A stretch of DNA of 63,681 bases, filler included, from Lama guanicoe (GCA_013239625.1; 138 parts of 138 records of this genome joined end to end with filler, not necessarily neighbours in it); one strand, 5' to 3'; shown: positions 12,101 to 24,924, counted from the whole stretch's first letter. Program-made: numbers and translations. Notes: generated by a model not told the origin, from the letters alone.

Positions 12101-14291
12101 ATAGTCAACTATAAAATTACAAGATTTCATTGTTTTTACAAAAAGCAGTAGAAAGCAGTTCCTGGCATGTTACAAAATATCATAATTAAAATATGTCTAC
12201 TTATTACAATAGCAGGATAGTGATGCCATAGCCTAGTTCTTTATTTCCTTTAGTAACAGTCATTTGTAAAATTCAATAACTTCCAGAAGTTACCTGTTAT
12301 TAGTACATAATGGAATACCATATATGATTAATGACAAAAGAGAAAATNNNNNNNNNNNNNNNNNNNNNNNNNNNNNNNNNNNNNNNNNNNNTTAATTAAT
12401 TAANNNNNNNNNNNNNNNNNNNNNNNNNNNNNNNNNNNNNNNNNNNNACTATGAACACAAAATACAGGTTAGGTCCCCTTGTACACTTAGTCTAATCTTC
12501 AGATAGTTATTTTAAAAATAAAATATTTAAAAAGAATATTTAGAATATTATTTGAGTCATTTTAGTGGCTCAAAAAACATAACTTTACACAAGGGAAATT
12601 TTAAAAGAATGTAAAATTTTGACACAGAATGATCTAAAATAAATCCCTTTATTCTGCAGATGAGGAAACTATAACTCAAGGATTTCCCCAGGTCACAGTG
12701 ACTTTTAACTAGAAGTCAGCTGACACGCTCTCATAATATTTTCACTGTACTTTTATAATTTGTATGTTAAAGGGCAAGCTCCAAATCAGGATTTCAGTAG
12801 CCGAGCACNNNNNNNNNNNNNNNNNNNNNNNNNNNNNNNNNNNNNNNNNNNNTTAATTAATTAANNNNNNNNNNNNNNNNNNNNNNNNNNNNNNNNNNNN
12901 NNNNNNNNAAAAAAAAAAGTAGGCATAGCAAAATGTCTTTGGAAGGAGAGAGCTAAAGGGTTCTACATGATGAAGGATGAAGGTCTGATTGGGGAAGAAG
13001 CAGCCATGAGCCAAAGAAGGCGGACTCCATGAACCTGAGGACTAGGGACATGAGATGAGAGAGGAATTCAGTTGGGGATGGAGGGAGGGAGTGGAAAAGA
13101 AACATCTAGGAAATAAAGAATAAATTTTATGAAAAGCTGAGCTAGAGAGAGATAAGATTGCTAACCCAGTTATCAGGATAAAGGACATTTAAGAAGCGGA
13201 TGGTCAGTATTGAGTTTTAGCAATTCGTACAGCTGCCATAACCTTTATTAGAGGTGTATTAATTTTTTTNNNNNNNNNNNNNNNNNNNNNNNNNNNNNNN
13301 NNNNNNNNNNNNNTTAATTAATTAANNNNNNNNNNNNNNNNNNNNNNNNNNNNNNNNNNNNNNNNNNNNTTCACTTGACAGAGTAAAGCTGCAGAAACTG
13401 AGTGTTTAAGCTGGTTGGGGGGCTTCATCTGCTGTGTTGGCCTCATTTTAGAGCTTTATGGTGCCTAAAGTTAGGAGGGGCTAAGATCATGCAGTAGCAG
13501 GCAATAGGATGGGAATTCAGCCTTGAGCCTGTCTGACTGTAAAGCATGCTCTTGCCGGCTCACGCCACAGCCTCCCCAAGTCCAAGTCAGTTTCTTACTC
13601 TTATCTGCTAAATACAAGGAAACTTAGAAGGAGCTGGTTTAAGGACATTTATAGGCAGCAGCAGCAAACTCATATGACTACAGAAGCCAGGCAAGAAATA
13701 TAGAAAAGTGAGGCAGGCCAGGTGTAAGACNNNNNNNNNNNNNNNNNNNNNNNNNNNNNNNNNNNNNNNNNNNNTTAATTAATTAANNNNNNNNNNNNNN
13801 NNNNNNNNNNNNNNNNNNNNNNNNNNNNNNAACACAGCTTCAGCGTTATGAAAGTCTGCTTTTGCAGAAAGGCACAGCATAGCCGAAATGCCTCTTAAAA
13901 CCCTGACGTCTGTGTCGGCAAGAGCCAGACAATGAAACCCAGGGCAACAGCAGCCGCCAGGATCTGAGGAAGAAATCCCGGGAAGAAGGGATTAGAGAAG
14001 AATAAACCAAAAGTCTGTGTAGAAGCTCTAGCCAAATCTCCAGCTGAATCTTGGACCAAACACGTGGGAGAAGAATGAAATCATCTTTCAGCTGCGGCTG
14101 AAATAACTGGACTGCAATTTGGGCAGCCACCCGCTGCAAACAAGAGAGGGATTAAAGTCTGAGACCAGCCACGTTAATTGTCTTCCAAAACNNNNNNNNN
14201 NNNNNNNNNNNNNNNNNNNNNNNNNNNNNNNNNNNTTAATTAATTAANNNNNNNNNNNNNNNNNNNNNNNNNNNNNNNNNNNNNNNNNNNN

Positions 14292-14653
14292 CACCAAAAA
14301 GCAGGAAGAGAAGCAGTTCCTGGAGCTAACACTGAGCTGGTAACAGCGTGTTTTCCCACCACCTAATGGGGAACGGCTTCGTAACAGAGAGGGCTGCAGT
14401 AAAGCACCCGGAGAGCTCTGCCCTAGTGGGGCTAGGTTAGCCCCAGACTCCAGCCTGCTATACGCTCACCTTAGCATATCTTAAAAGCAAGCCTTAAAAG
14501 AAACCAGTTTATTCCAAAACTGCAAGTTAGAACAAAATCTGATACTCCTTAATTAATTACAACAAAACTGGGCACCCAACGATGTAAAACCCGTCATGTC
14601 TGGCATTGAATAAATAATGACCAGCCATGTAAACCAGCAGGGCTGTATGAAGC
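14292..14653 (+). mobile_element. Old L1M 5' region fragment
   Basis: The run CCCAACGATGTAAAACCCGTCATGTCTGGCATTGAATAAATAATGACCAGCCATG resembles L1M4-type 5' sequence. Confidence 0.55.
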
Positions 14654-14759
14654 NNNNNNNNNNNNNNNNNNNNNNNNNNNNNNNNNNNNNNNNNNNNTTA
14701 ATTAATTAANNNNNNNNNNNNNNNNNNNNNNNNNNNNNNNNNNNNNNNNNNNNTTTGGG

Positions 14760-14762
<3 letters not shown>

Positions 14763-14797
<35 letters not shown>
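14763..14797. repeat. (TA)n microsatellite
   Basis: Perfect AT dinucleotide run of ~35 bp. Confidence 0.95.
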
Positions 14798-14798
<1 letters not shown>

Positions 14799-14873
14799 TA
14801 AACATTATTCATTATCTTAAATTCAAATTTAGCTTTCCACCCTGTATTTTTTTATTTGATACTCTGGCGACTC
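14795..14873 (+). mobile_element. MER53 (hAT MITE) half copy
   Basis: TACTAAACATTATTC..AAATTCAAATTTA..CCTGTATTTTTTATTTG..CTGGCGAC resembles the right arm of the copy at 30117-30317. Confidence 0.65.
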
Positions 14874-15040
14874 TTTTCTGCCGAAGTGCCAGTTATCTTT
14901 TGGAAAAGATGAAAATAAATCTATGATCCTCAAACCTTCAGTTATCTGTGTGAAAATTCATGGTCCCTAAGAAAGCTCTTTTTGTTTTCAGAGGTTAATT
15001 TATGAGTTAAGGAATTTGTCTAAATTCAAAAAAAGGCTGA

Positions 15041-15109
15041 GGGAGAGAGTATAGCTCAAGAGACAGAGCACATGCTTAGCATGCACAAGGTCCTGGGTTC
15101 AATCCCCAG
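15041..15109 (+). mobile_element. Vic-1-type tRNA-derived SINE, 5' part
   Basis: GGGAGAGAGTATAGCTCAAG..GCATGCACAAGGTCCTGGGTTCAATCCCCAG with Pol III A and B boxes. Confidence 0.88.
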
Positions 15110-15209
15110 NNNNNNNNNNNNNNNNNNNNNNNNNNNNNNNNNNNNNNNNNNNNTTAATTAATTAANNNNNNNNNNNNNNNNNNNNNNNNNNNNNNNNNNN
15201 NNNNNNNNN

Positions 15210-15570
15210 ATGAAAGACATGAAAGAAACTTAAAAGACATATTACTAAATGAAAGAAGACAGTCTGAAAAGGCTACAAGCTGTACAATTTTAACCAAATG
15301 CCACTCTGGAAAAGGCACAGCTACAGAAACAATAAAAAGATCCTGTTTCCAGGGGTTTGGGGAGACGGAGGGAGGGAGGGATGAATAGATGGACCACAAG
15401 GGGATTTTTAGGACAATAAAATTACTCTGTATGATACTATACTGGTGGCTACACGTCATCATGCATTTGTCAAAGCCCACAGAATGTACAACATTAACAC
15501 TGAAACCTAATGTAAACTACAGAATTTGGTTGATAATAATGTGCCCATGTTGGTTCATCAATTGTACCAA
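15210..15570 (+). mobile_element. L1MC-type 3' UTR fragment
   Basis: Contains ATTACTAAATGAAAGAAGACAGTCTGAAAAGGCTACA and CATTTGTCAAAGCCCACAGAATGTACAACA..CCTAATGTAAACTA. Confidence 0.85.
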
Positions 15571-16695
15571 NNNNNNNNNNNNNNNNNNNNNNNNNNNNNN
15601 NNNNNNNNNNNNNNTTAATTAATTAANNNNNNNNNNNNNNNNNNNNNNNNNNNNNNNNNNNNNNNNNNNNTAAACATGCATGCCTGAAAATGCAGAACAA
15701 AATACTTTTCAATGGAACAGGGATGGAATTAATGCTTCCAAGAATTACTAAAACAGGGCATTTAAGAGTCTAAATCTGAACAAACTAAAAGTCAAACTAA
15801 AAGGAAGACAAAGAGGAGAGAAAAGCTAATGGAAAGAGGAAATTGAAGTCTATATCAAGGCATGAATGGAGCAAATGTGCAAATCAAAACCAAAACACAA
15901 TTCCCCCCACCAAAGTGGAGTGGACGTGTCACTGCAAGCAGTGCTTACAATTTCAATTTGACAGTGAAGGTTCATCTCACTCATTTTAAGGTAAAGTAAA
16001 GGGAGCAAGAATTCTAAAAGAGAAGAAAGCAANNNNNNNNNNNNNNNNNNNNNNNNNNNNNNNNNNNNNNNNNNNNTTAATTAATTAANNNNNNNNNNNN
16101 NNNNNNNNNNNNNNNNNNNNNNNNNNNNNNNNTTTTTTTTTTCCTGTTTGTGGATTAAAAGTCATTTCAAATATTTTCTGTTTTACTTTTGGAGGTTTTC
16201 GTTCATTTTACAAGCACATATAGAGTACTCAATGTACAGCTATACTTTGTGCTAGTTATAAGGGATTTAAATTTCCTTAGAAACACCGTACCTTTGTGGA
16301 GCTGGTAATCTAACTAGGAAGACAAACACATTAATCAGTATGTATAAAGCTAATGTTTTAAATACTGCACAACAGAGCACACATAAAGCACTAAGCAAGG
16401 ATAGCAATGCCGTAGCACCAAGAGAGAATATCAGAGACGAACACATGATGGATGAACGTACCTTTGTCAAGGTTTAGGGGAAGGAGGGATCCACNNNNNN
16501 NNNNNNNNNNNNNNNNNNNNNNNNNNNNNNNNNNNNNNTTAATTAATTAANNNNNNNNNNNNNNNNNNNNNNNNNNNNNNNNNNNNNNNNNNNNTTCCAG
16601 GAGTCCAGGGTGCTGGGGTGGGTGGGAGGGCAGCAGGGATGGGTCCTGGGGGGAAACCCTAGAGAGAAATGTGCTTCTCCTCTGTGTGAGGAGCC

Positions 16696-16956
16696 CCAGT
16701 GTTCAAAGCAGCACTACTTGTAAAAACCAAGATGTGGAAGCAACCTAAGTATCACCCAACAGACGAAAGCTTTAAATGTATATACATTTTATATACATAA
16801 AATATATATACACATTATATATGTATATATAATGTACATACATATAATGGAGCACTACTCAGGCATAAAAATAGAATGGAATTTTGCCATTTGATACAAT
16901 ATGGATGAACCTTGAGGATATTATGCTTAGTGAAACAAGTCAGAGAGAGACAAATA
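16696..16956 (+). mobile_element. L1 ORF2 end / 3' region with an internal AT-rich stretch
   Basis: CCAAGATGTGGAAGCAACCTAAGT..TACTACTCAGGCATAAAAA..GGATGAACCTTGAGGATATTATGCTTAGTGAAA. Confidence 0.85.
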
Positions 16957-17169
16957 NNNNNNNNNNNNNNNNNNNNNNNNNNNNNNNNNNNNNNNNNNNN
17001 TTAATTAATTAANNNNNNNNNNNNNNNNNNNNNNNNNNNNNNNNNNNNNNNNNNNNAGGAAAAGTCAAATTTCTTTTTGTGACAAGGAGTAATTTTACAT
17101 CTTGGAGCAAAGCATTAGTGAAGTTAGGTTTCTCACCCATTAACAGGCCACTTAAGGTACTTAACCAAG

Positions 17170-17418
17170 TGAGAAGAAAATGTACTTTTACACAGTTATC
17201 TGCACATAAATGTTTATCACAGTCTTACTCATGATTATTCAAAACTGAAAACAACCAAGATGCCTTTCAATAGGTGAAGGGATAAACTATGTACATCCAT
17301 AGTGGCATATTATTCAGTAATAAAAAAGAATGAGCTATCAAGTCACAATAAGACCTGGAAGAGCATTAAATGCATACTCTGGAGTGAAAGAAGTCAGTCT
17401 GAGAAGACTACAATAATG
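17170..17418 (+). mobile_element. L1MC/MB 3' fragment
   Basis: AAAACTGAAAACAACCAAGATGCCTTTCAATAGGTGAA..GTGAAAGAAGTCAGTCTGA. Confidence 0.75.
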
Positions 17419-17518
17419 NNNNNNNNNNNNNNNNNNNNNNNNNNNNNNNNNNNNNNNNNNNNTTAATTAATTAANNNNNNNNNNNNNNNNNNNNNNNNNN
17501 NNNNNNNNNNNNNNNNNN

Positions 17519-17880
17519 CCACACAAAATTTATGGGATGCAGCAAAGGCAGTGTTAAGAGGGAAGGTAATAGCGATACAGAACTTCCTCAAAAAACAACA
17601 ATGTCAAATAAAAAATCTAACCCACCAGTTAAAGAATTAGAAACAGAAGAGCAAAAAAATCCAAAAGGCAACAGGAAGAAGGAAATAATAGACACCAGGG
17701 AGGAAATAAATTAGATAGAGATTAAGAAAACAATGGAAAAATCAATCAAAGCAAAAGCTGTTTTTTTGAAAAAGTAAATAAAGTCGACAAACCTCTGGAC
17801 AAATTCACAAAGAAGAAAAAACAGAGACCAGAAATAAGCAAAATAAGAAAAGAAAATGGAGAAATTACAACAAATAACAT
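17519..17880 (+). mobile_element. L1 ORF2 fragment
   Basis: Encodes QNLWDAAKAVLRGK and later SCFFEKVNKVDKPL, classic ORF2p motifs. Confidence 0.92.
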
Positions 17881-19366
17881 NNNNNNNNNNNNNNNNNNNN
17901 NNNNNNNNNNNNNNNNNNNNNNNNTTAATTAATTAANNNNNNNNNNNNNNNNNNNNNNNNNNNNNNNNNNNNNNNNNNNNGAATCCGTGTGAAGACCCTT
18001 AGTGCACGGCAGGGACGGGGGAATGCCATTGTTCCCCTCCCAGTGTCCTTCTTTGCAGGCTGTCGGAAATTTCAGTAGCGATCTGCGTGTCTCCCCCACG
18101 CCTGTCACAGCACAAGGCGTGTGGAAGATTCGTGGTAAGCCCCGGATGAATGCAGATCCACATGCTTACCTCGGTGGGTTAGCAGGAAGTGGGAAATGGA
18201 CTTCGTGGGAGCCAGTAGCCTGGCTGAGGTGCCCAAGGGGGCTAGTCACGTTGGACAAGTCCCCCTCTTTCCTCCTGCCCCTGGAGCTCACGCGTGGAGG
18301 CATCAGCCTGGGTGACGTCACTTTTGTCCAACTCTGGAATGGNNNNNNNNNNNNNNNNNNNNNNNNNNNNNNNNNNNNNNNNNNNNTTAATTAATTAANN
18401 NNNNNNNNNNNNNNNNNNNNNNNNNNNNNNNNNNNNNNNNNNTAGTTAACAAATTAAGCCATTTTGGGAACTAAAACTTTTTCTTGGTTGAAAAGTATAT
18501 TCCATGATTTAATTGATTGTGTTAACCCTTCCCATAATTCTGAACCTGCTGCCTCCTGACAAATAAATGTGAAGGTTGCTTATGTGATTTCCTAGAGCAC
18601 ATATTTCACTGTATTTTCCTAATAACTTCATGGCACAAGACCACACGTTGTTAGGAGGAAGTTACCTTTAATAAGTCTTGGGAAATTGATTATACTGTCT
18701 AAAATAAAATTGTCTGAAATTGATGGAATTCAACTATGTCAACAGACTTTTGATAAACATGTTAAATTTTTTTTGCAAAAGTTGCATTTTGTTTCTTCTT
18801 TTATNNNNNNNNNNNNNNNNNNNNNNNNNNNNNNNNNNNNNNNNNNNNTTAATTAATTAANNNNNNNNNNNNNNNNNNNNNNNNNNNNNNNNNNNNNNNN
18901 NNNNCACACATTTATGTTACTGAAATTCTTATACTTAGTGAATAATGTGGCATTCTATGTTAGCCCGTGGTCATTGATCATACAGATGCTAAAAGATATC
19001 AGTGATGTTGAAACAGGAAACAAGTAGACTTTGGGGACTAGTAACAGTCAACAAAGGCCGAGTCCCAGAATACAGGAAATCAAGGAAACCGAAAGTTAAG
19101 TGGTCATGCTGGGGCCCGGCTCCTAAAATGTCACCCTGCCCAACCCTCCACCCCAGCTAGGTGTGCCTGCGATGCTGACCGAAGGGGAAGGAGTGGCACA
19201 GTGGGAGCAACTTCCCTCCTCACCGACAGACAGCCTCAGGCCTCGGAGGTCTGTGGCAGCCCGTGTNNNNNNNNNNNNNNNNNNNNNNNNNNNNNNNNNN
19301 NNNNNNNNNNTTAATTAATTAANNNNNNNNNNNNNNNNNNNNNNNNNNNNNNNNNNNNNNNNNNNN

Positions 19367-19728
19367 ATCTGTATGTCTGCTTTTGTGTTGGTACCATACT
19401 GTTTCAATTACTGTAGCTTTTTGTAGTTTAGTCTGAAGTCAGGCAGCGTGATTACACCAGCTCCATTTCTCTTTCTCAGGATTGTTCTGCCTTTTGGGAT
19501 CTTTTGTGTTCCCACGCAAATTTTAACATTTTTCATTGTAATTCTGTGAAGATCACCGTTGGTAATTTGACAGGGATTGCATTAAGTCTGTAGATTGCCT
19601 TGGGTGGTATGGTCATTTTAACAATACTGATTCTTCCTGTCCAAGAACACAGTATATCTTTTTATGTGTTTGTGTCTTCTTCAATTACTTTCATCAGCAT
19701 CTTACAGTTTTTGGAGTACAGGTCTTTT
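19367..19728 (-). mobile_element. L1 ORF2 fragment
   Basis: The plus strand shows GGGATTGCATTAAGTCTGTAGATTGCCTTGGGTGGTATGGTCATTTTAACAATA, the antisense of [18 protein letters not shown]. Confidence 0.92.
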
Positions 19729-20039
19729 NNNNNNNNNNNNNNNNNNNNNNNNNNNNNNNNNNNNNNNNNNNNTTAATTAATTAANNNNNNNNNNNNNNNN
19801 NNNNNNNNNNNNNNNNNNNNNNNNNNNNGTCATTTGAATTATCCTAGTGCCACCTATGGAAAATTGGATAATTGAAGGTCTCATAAAACTCCACTCGGTG
19901 TGTTCAAATAGAACTGTACAGAAAAATACCATTACCCTTTATTAAGAATGCACAAACATTAGAGATGCTGAAAACTTCCAGGTGCAGTTTTCAGAGTTCT
20001 TTTATTTTCCTTTACTTATTAAATTTTTTTTATTTTGAA

Positions 20040-20190
20040 TACACACCTGTATTAAATTAGAGGTTCTGTGTACTGTTTCCCCCTGTGGTAACATCTTGAA
20101 AAAATTGACATCTGGAAAAAATGGTAGTAAAACACCATAACCAGGAAATTTTCATGGGTACAATTTACCAATCTTATTTAGATGTCCCCA
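20040..20190 (-). mobile_element. Old L1M 3' end
   Basis: TTCCCCCTGTGGTAACATCTTG..ATAACCAGGAAATT..ACAATTTACCAATCTTATTTAGAT. Confidence 0.55.
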
Positions 20191-20454
20191 NNNNNNNNNN
20201 NNNNNNNNNNNNNNNNNNNNNNNNNNNNNNNNNNTTAATTAATTAANNNNNNNNNNNNNNNNNNNNNNNNNNNNNNNNNNNNNNNNNNNNCATTGGGATA
20301 AGAGCCCAAATCACTGGGCGAGCTTTTCCAATTGCCTGACCACACAGAGGAACATACTCAAGGGCTTGCTCCCCTGAGAAGCCTTTCTCAGTCATCCTGG
20401 TCTGAGAAACGGCCCCTTCCTTAGCACCCAAGTGCTCTGTACCTCCAGGATCAA

Positions 20455-20590
20455 GATAGGGAAGATTGTTGTGTCTGTCTCCCTAGGAGGTTGAGCACTT
20501 TCTGGTGGCAGGGGTTATAGCTTGTTTAATTCTGCATTCCTTATGTCTGGCACATGTGGATCTAATAAATGTTTATAGAGCTTAACTGAA
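20455..20590 (+). mobile_element. L2 3' end
   Basis: GGCAGGGGTTATAGCTTGTTT..TGTCTGGCACATGTGGATCTAATAAATGTTT. Confidence 0.55.
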
Positions 20591-20979
20591 CAAGAAGAAA
20601 AGACTGGCCACTGCATTGATCTCATGGACAGAATTTGCCCTTTGAGACTCGANNNNNNNNNNNNNNNNNNNNNNNNNNNNNNNNNNNNNNNNNNNNTTAA
20701 TTAATTAANNNNNNNNNNNNNNNNNNNNNNNNNNNNNNNNNNNNNNNNNNNNAGCAGGTCGAAATGCGCACCCCCAGAGCGCAATGTTATTCCTGGACAA
20801 GACTTACAACTACTCACATTAGGCCTGTTTGGACCTGCTGGTGAGCAGGATCAGGCTCAGCCTGGGACAACAGCACAAAGGTGAAAGCAACCTGTAATTT
20901 TCATTGAGAGTCAAATTTGAAGCATGCATATTTATTAATTTTTATTATTTTATTAAACGAATAGGTTGATAGAGTGCCA

Positions 20980-21114
20980 TGTGCCAGACATAGGGCCTTT
21001 GTTTGTAAGCGCCTAACAAACATGGACTAATTTAATCCTTATAACGATCCTGGGACACGGATACTGTTATTATAACCCCCGTTTTACAGATGAGAAAACT
21101 GAGGTACAAAGAGG
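20980..21114 (-). mobile_element. MIR SINE
   Basis: TTTAATCCTTATAACGATCCT..CCCCGTTTTACAGATGAGAAAACTGAGGTACA, the MIR core. Confidence 0.85.
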
Positions 21115-22212
21115 NNNNNNNNNNNNNNNNNNNNNNNNNNNNNNNNNNNNNNNNNNNNTTAATTAATTAANNNNNNNNNNNNNNNNNNNNNNNNNNNNNN
21201 NNNNNNNNNNNNNNTTTTTTTTAAAAAGTATGTTTTGTGTGTGTGTGATAGGTTAGTCATCTGCCTGTAAGCTTAAGTGGCAGGGATCACTGCTGTCACA
21301 TCTTTTGGGATTGACCCCGGAGGTAACAAGTAGCAGTCTCAGAAGACAAATAAATACCTACTTTTGCATGTAGAACTACTGTTTGGATGTTCCTCTTTGA
21401 GAAGAGGCGTAGACTGCTGAAGGTGTGTGATGGTGAAATTTACTAATGGATTCATTCAGTTTTAAGTGTAACAGTTTAGTATTTTTTTTCAGATCAGTTC
21501 AGCAAATATATGTTGAGGACTAGTGGGTGGGAATATAAAGGCTTTTATTTATGGGGAAAGCAGGTAATTTCACTAANNNNNNNNNNNNNNNNNNNNNNNN
21601 NNNNNNNNNNNNNNNNNNNNTTAATTAATTAANNNNNNNNNNNNNNNNNNNNNNNNNNNNNNNNNNNNNNNNNNNNTGTGACTTGAGTGCAGTATCCTCC
21701 CATCACATCCCTGCCTCCAACACGGACACTCAGCCTTCTGAGCAAAGGTCCCACAAAGTTCAGCTAATGTGTTTTTATCACCAAGTATTAGTCTGCTGTT
21801 CTTACAGACAGAAGAAGTAGGTGCGGCCTGGGGGTTCCCAGGGACCCCCTGCCACCACAGCCTCCAAATGCTTTGATTTCAACCAGTGTCTGCACAGCAG
21901 TCAGAAGACGGCCTGAGCTCAGGCAGGAAACCAGCACGCAGTCACTGCTGTGCTGATGGGGAGCACAGAGGCTCCCAGAGAATGCGGCATCCAGATGCTC
22001 CTTGGAAGCCTGGTAGCCTGTCTGCACAGGACAGATGCNNNNNNNNNNNNNNNNNNNNNNNNNNNNNNNNNNNNNNNNNNNNTTAATTAATTAANNNNNN
22101 NNNNNNNNNNNNNNNNNNNNNNNNNNNNNNNNNNNNNNTAAAAGAAATTCCTCTAAATTGGTTAAAGAACTAAAAGTTCCGATTGGAAACATAAATGAAT
22201 AAAGATAATATG

Positions 22213-22256
22213 AAATTTCATCCCCCAAATTAAAATTTCATCCCCCAAATTAAAAT
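22213..22256 (+). repeat. Perfect 20-bp tandem duplication
   Basis: AAATTTCATCCCCCAAATTA occurs twice (22213-22232 and 22233-22252), followed by AAAT. Confidence 0.95.
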
Positions 22257-22274
22257 AGTTGAAAGTGAAAGACT

Positions 22275-22500
22275 TAGAGAACTACAACACATTGAATAAG
22301 GAAATTAAAGATGCCTTAAAGAAATGGAAGGACACCCCCGAGCTCTTGGATTAGAAGAATGAATACTGTGAACACGGCCGTACTGCCCAAAGTGATCTAC
22401 AGATTTAATGTGATCAATGTCACATAACCCAGGACATGTTTCACAGAAGTAGAGAAAATCATCCTAAAATTTATATGGAATCACAAAAGACCTAGAATTG
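22275..22500 (+). mobile_element. L1 ORF2 fragment
   Basis: AAATGGAAGGACACCCC..TGGATTAGAAGAAT..CCCAAAGTGATCTACAGATTTAATG..CTAAAATTTATATGGAATCACAAAAGACC. Confidence 0.9.
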
Positions 22501-22739
22501 NNNNNNNNNNNNNNNNNNNNNNNNNNNNNNNNNNNNNNNNNNNNTTAATTAATTAANNNNNNNNNNNNNNNNNNNNNNNNNNNNNNNNNNNNNNNNNNNN
22601 ACGTGATAGGTTGATGCAGAGAGTAAAACCAACCTCTGAAGGCTTGTACGAGAGATCACAGTAGAACCCTGGCTCCCAGGCTGAGTCATTCAGGTCACCG
22701 CTTCACTGTTTCCCAAACATCCCAACTACTGATTCATTT

Positions 22740-22962
22740 GTTTATTAATAGCTTTACTGAAATGTCATTTACATGCCCAGATATACTCATTTAAAGTGTA
22801 CAATTCAGTGGCTTTCAGTATCTTCACAGAGTCGGACAGTCATCCCCACTATCAATTTCAGAACATCTTCCTTACCCCAGAATGAACCCCGGACCATCCA
22901 GCGGCCACTCCCGTTCTCCCCTCCCCCACCCCAGCCGCCCCCGGCAACCACGAATCTACTTT
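22740..22962 (-). mobile_element. L1MB 3' end
   Basis: ATAGCTTTACTGAAAT..CATTTAAAGTGTACAATTCAGTGG..GGCAACCACGAATCTACTTT. Confidence 0.85.
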
Positions 22963-23729
22963 NNNNNNNNNNNNNNNNNNNNNNNNNNNNNNNNNNNNNN
23001 NNNNNNTTAATTAATTAANNNNNNNNNNNNNNNNNNNNNNNNNNNNNNNNNNNNNNNNNNNNGGGGTGCGGGGTGGAGACAGTGGGTTACCAGTTATAGG
23101 AGGAACTGATGTCCAGTTCACTTCTCAGCTGCCAGGAAAGCCAGCAGGGGAGCACAGCATGCTCCTTACCACTCCTTGGATAAACCATCATAGTGGAGAT
23201 CGTTCTTATTTAAATATTAGAACAACCGCTGCCAGGGGCTGAGGGCAAGTATGTGAGCACTTAGAAGGAAAGTCAGGCAGGTGAGCAGGGTGGGGGTGAG
23301 GCAGCGACTGGTTGAGCAGGGGATGTACAGAACAGCCATCTTGTTCATTCAGGTTCTTCCATGATGCTTTTTGGGGGATAATAATGCAAACTTCTAATCT
23401 TGCACCACTTCCTTTAATGCACTANNNNNNNNNNNNNNNNNNNNNNNNNNNNNNNNNNNNNNNNNNNNTTAATTAATTAANNNNNNNNNNNNNNNNNNNN
23501 NNNNNNNNNNNNNNNNNNNNNNNNGCCTTCTGTGGATTCTCATCTTCTAGCTGGCTTTATTCCTCTGATAACTATGTAAGCTGAGAAACCTAAGCTCTTC
23601 CTAGAATCGGCAAGTAGTACACACGTGGAAACTTAAAAAAATGTGCAGTATACTGTAAGTATGTAACTACATGCAATATACTGTGTACGTGCAGCACAGC
23701 TGTAGTACTTCTGACCAACAAAACTGGAA

Positions 23730-23886
23730 GAGGAGGAAAACACAAACGGACCGAGGGATCAGTGGAACAGAATAAAGAGCCCAGAAACACACCCGCAAAC
23801 TTTGACAAAGGAGGCAAGAACGTACAGCGCAATAAAGACAGTCTCTTCTGCAAACGATGTAGGGAGAACCGGACGGCTGCACGCAA
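23730..23886 (+). mobile_element. L1 ORF2 fragment, GC-shifted
   Basis: GATCAGTGGAACAGAATAAAGAGCCCAGAAAC..TTTGACAAAGGAGGCAAG..AAAGACAGTCTCTTC (DQWNRI.SPE, FDKG). Confidence 0.85.
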
Positions 23887-24448
23887 NNNNNNNNNNNNNN
23901 NNNNNNNNNNNNNNNNNNNNNNNNNNNNNNTTAATTAATTAANNNNNNNNNNNNNNNNNNNNNNNNNNNNNNNNNNNNNNNNNNNNAGACCCACCCACAC
24001 GACATCTCCAGGTAAACGTCGGGGCCCTTCAACGCACTGAGACCCTCGGTCCGACCCTCGATCCCGGACTCGTCAACTTTATTTCAAATCATCACACACA
24101 AGGCAAACACTGCTGTGGACATGGAGGAACACCTCATTTCCTCAAGTTTCACATACTTTCCACATACCCGGGGCCATGTGGCCTTTCCCAGCAGAATTCT
24201 GGAACACGCTGCTCAGAACACCAGCTACTCATCATCCCAATAAAAGCTCTGTTTCCAGCGGTCACCACCGTGCTCAATAAAACCAGTGACGTAAATGCGG
24301 GTGTTTGTTGCTGTTGGGTTTGTGTGGAACCAGAAGCACGTACTAGTTNNNNNNNNNNNNNNNNNNNNNNNNNNNNNNNNNNNNNNNNNNNNTTAATTAA
24401 TTAANNNNNNNNNNNNNNNNNNNNNNNNNNNNNNNNNNNNNNNNNNNN

Positions 24449-24810
24449 AATGGAAATATATTTCATATTCATGGATTAGAAAAATTAATATTGTTAAAAT
24501 ATCCATACCACCCAAAGCAATATTCAGACTCGATGCAATCCCTATCATAGGTCTTGGCCATGATTTTTTTTAATCTGACACTAAAAGCAAAAGCAACAAG
24601 AGCAAAAATAAACAAGTGGGACTACATCGAACTAAAAAGCTTCTGCACAGTAAAGGAAGCCATCAACAAAATAAAAAGGCAGCCTACTGAATGGGAAGAA
24701 ATAATTGCAAATCATATATCTGATATGGGGCTAATATTCAAAAGGTACAAAGAATTCATACAATTCAATAGCAAAAAAAAATCTGATTGAAAAATGTGCA
24801 GAAGATCTGA
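24449..24810 (+). mobile_element. L1 ORF2 fragment with an internal deletion junction
   Basis: SWIRKINIVKISIPPKAIFRLDAIPI is fused directly to the region encoding [25 protein letters not shown]. Confidence 0.9.
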
Positions 24811-24924
24811 NNNNNNNNNNNNNNNNNNNNNNNNNNNNNNNNNNNNNNNNNNNNTTAATTAATTAANNNNNNNNNNNNNNNNNNNNNNNNNNNNNNNNNN
24901 NNNNNNNNNNCCCCCCTGAGTTAG

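Noticed and set aside
13846..14139. 97-aa minus-strand ORF after an acceptor-like TCTCTTGTTTGCAG
   Set aside because: Non-ATG start, no recognisable domain and no clear donor.
14549..14559. Natural TTAATTAATTA resembling the linker core
   Set aside because: Incomplete match without N padding inside AT-rich L1 sequence, so coincidental.
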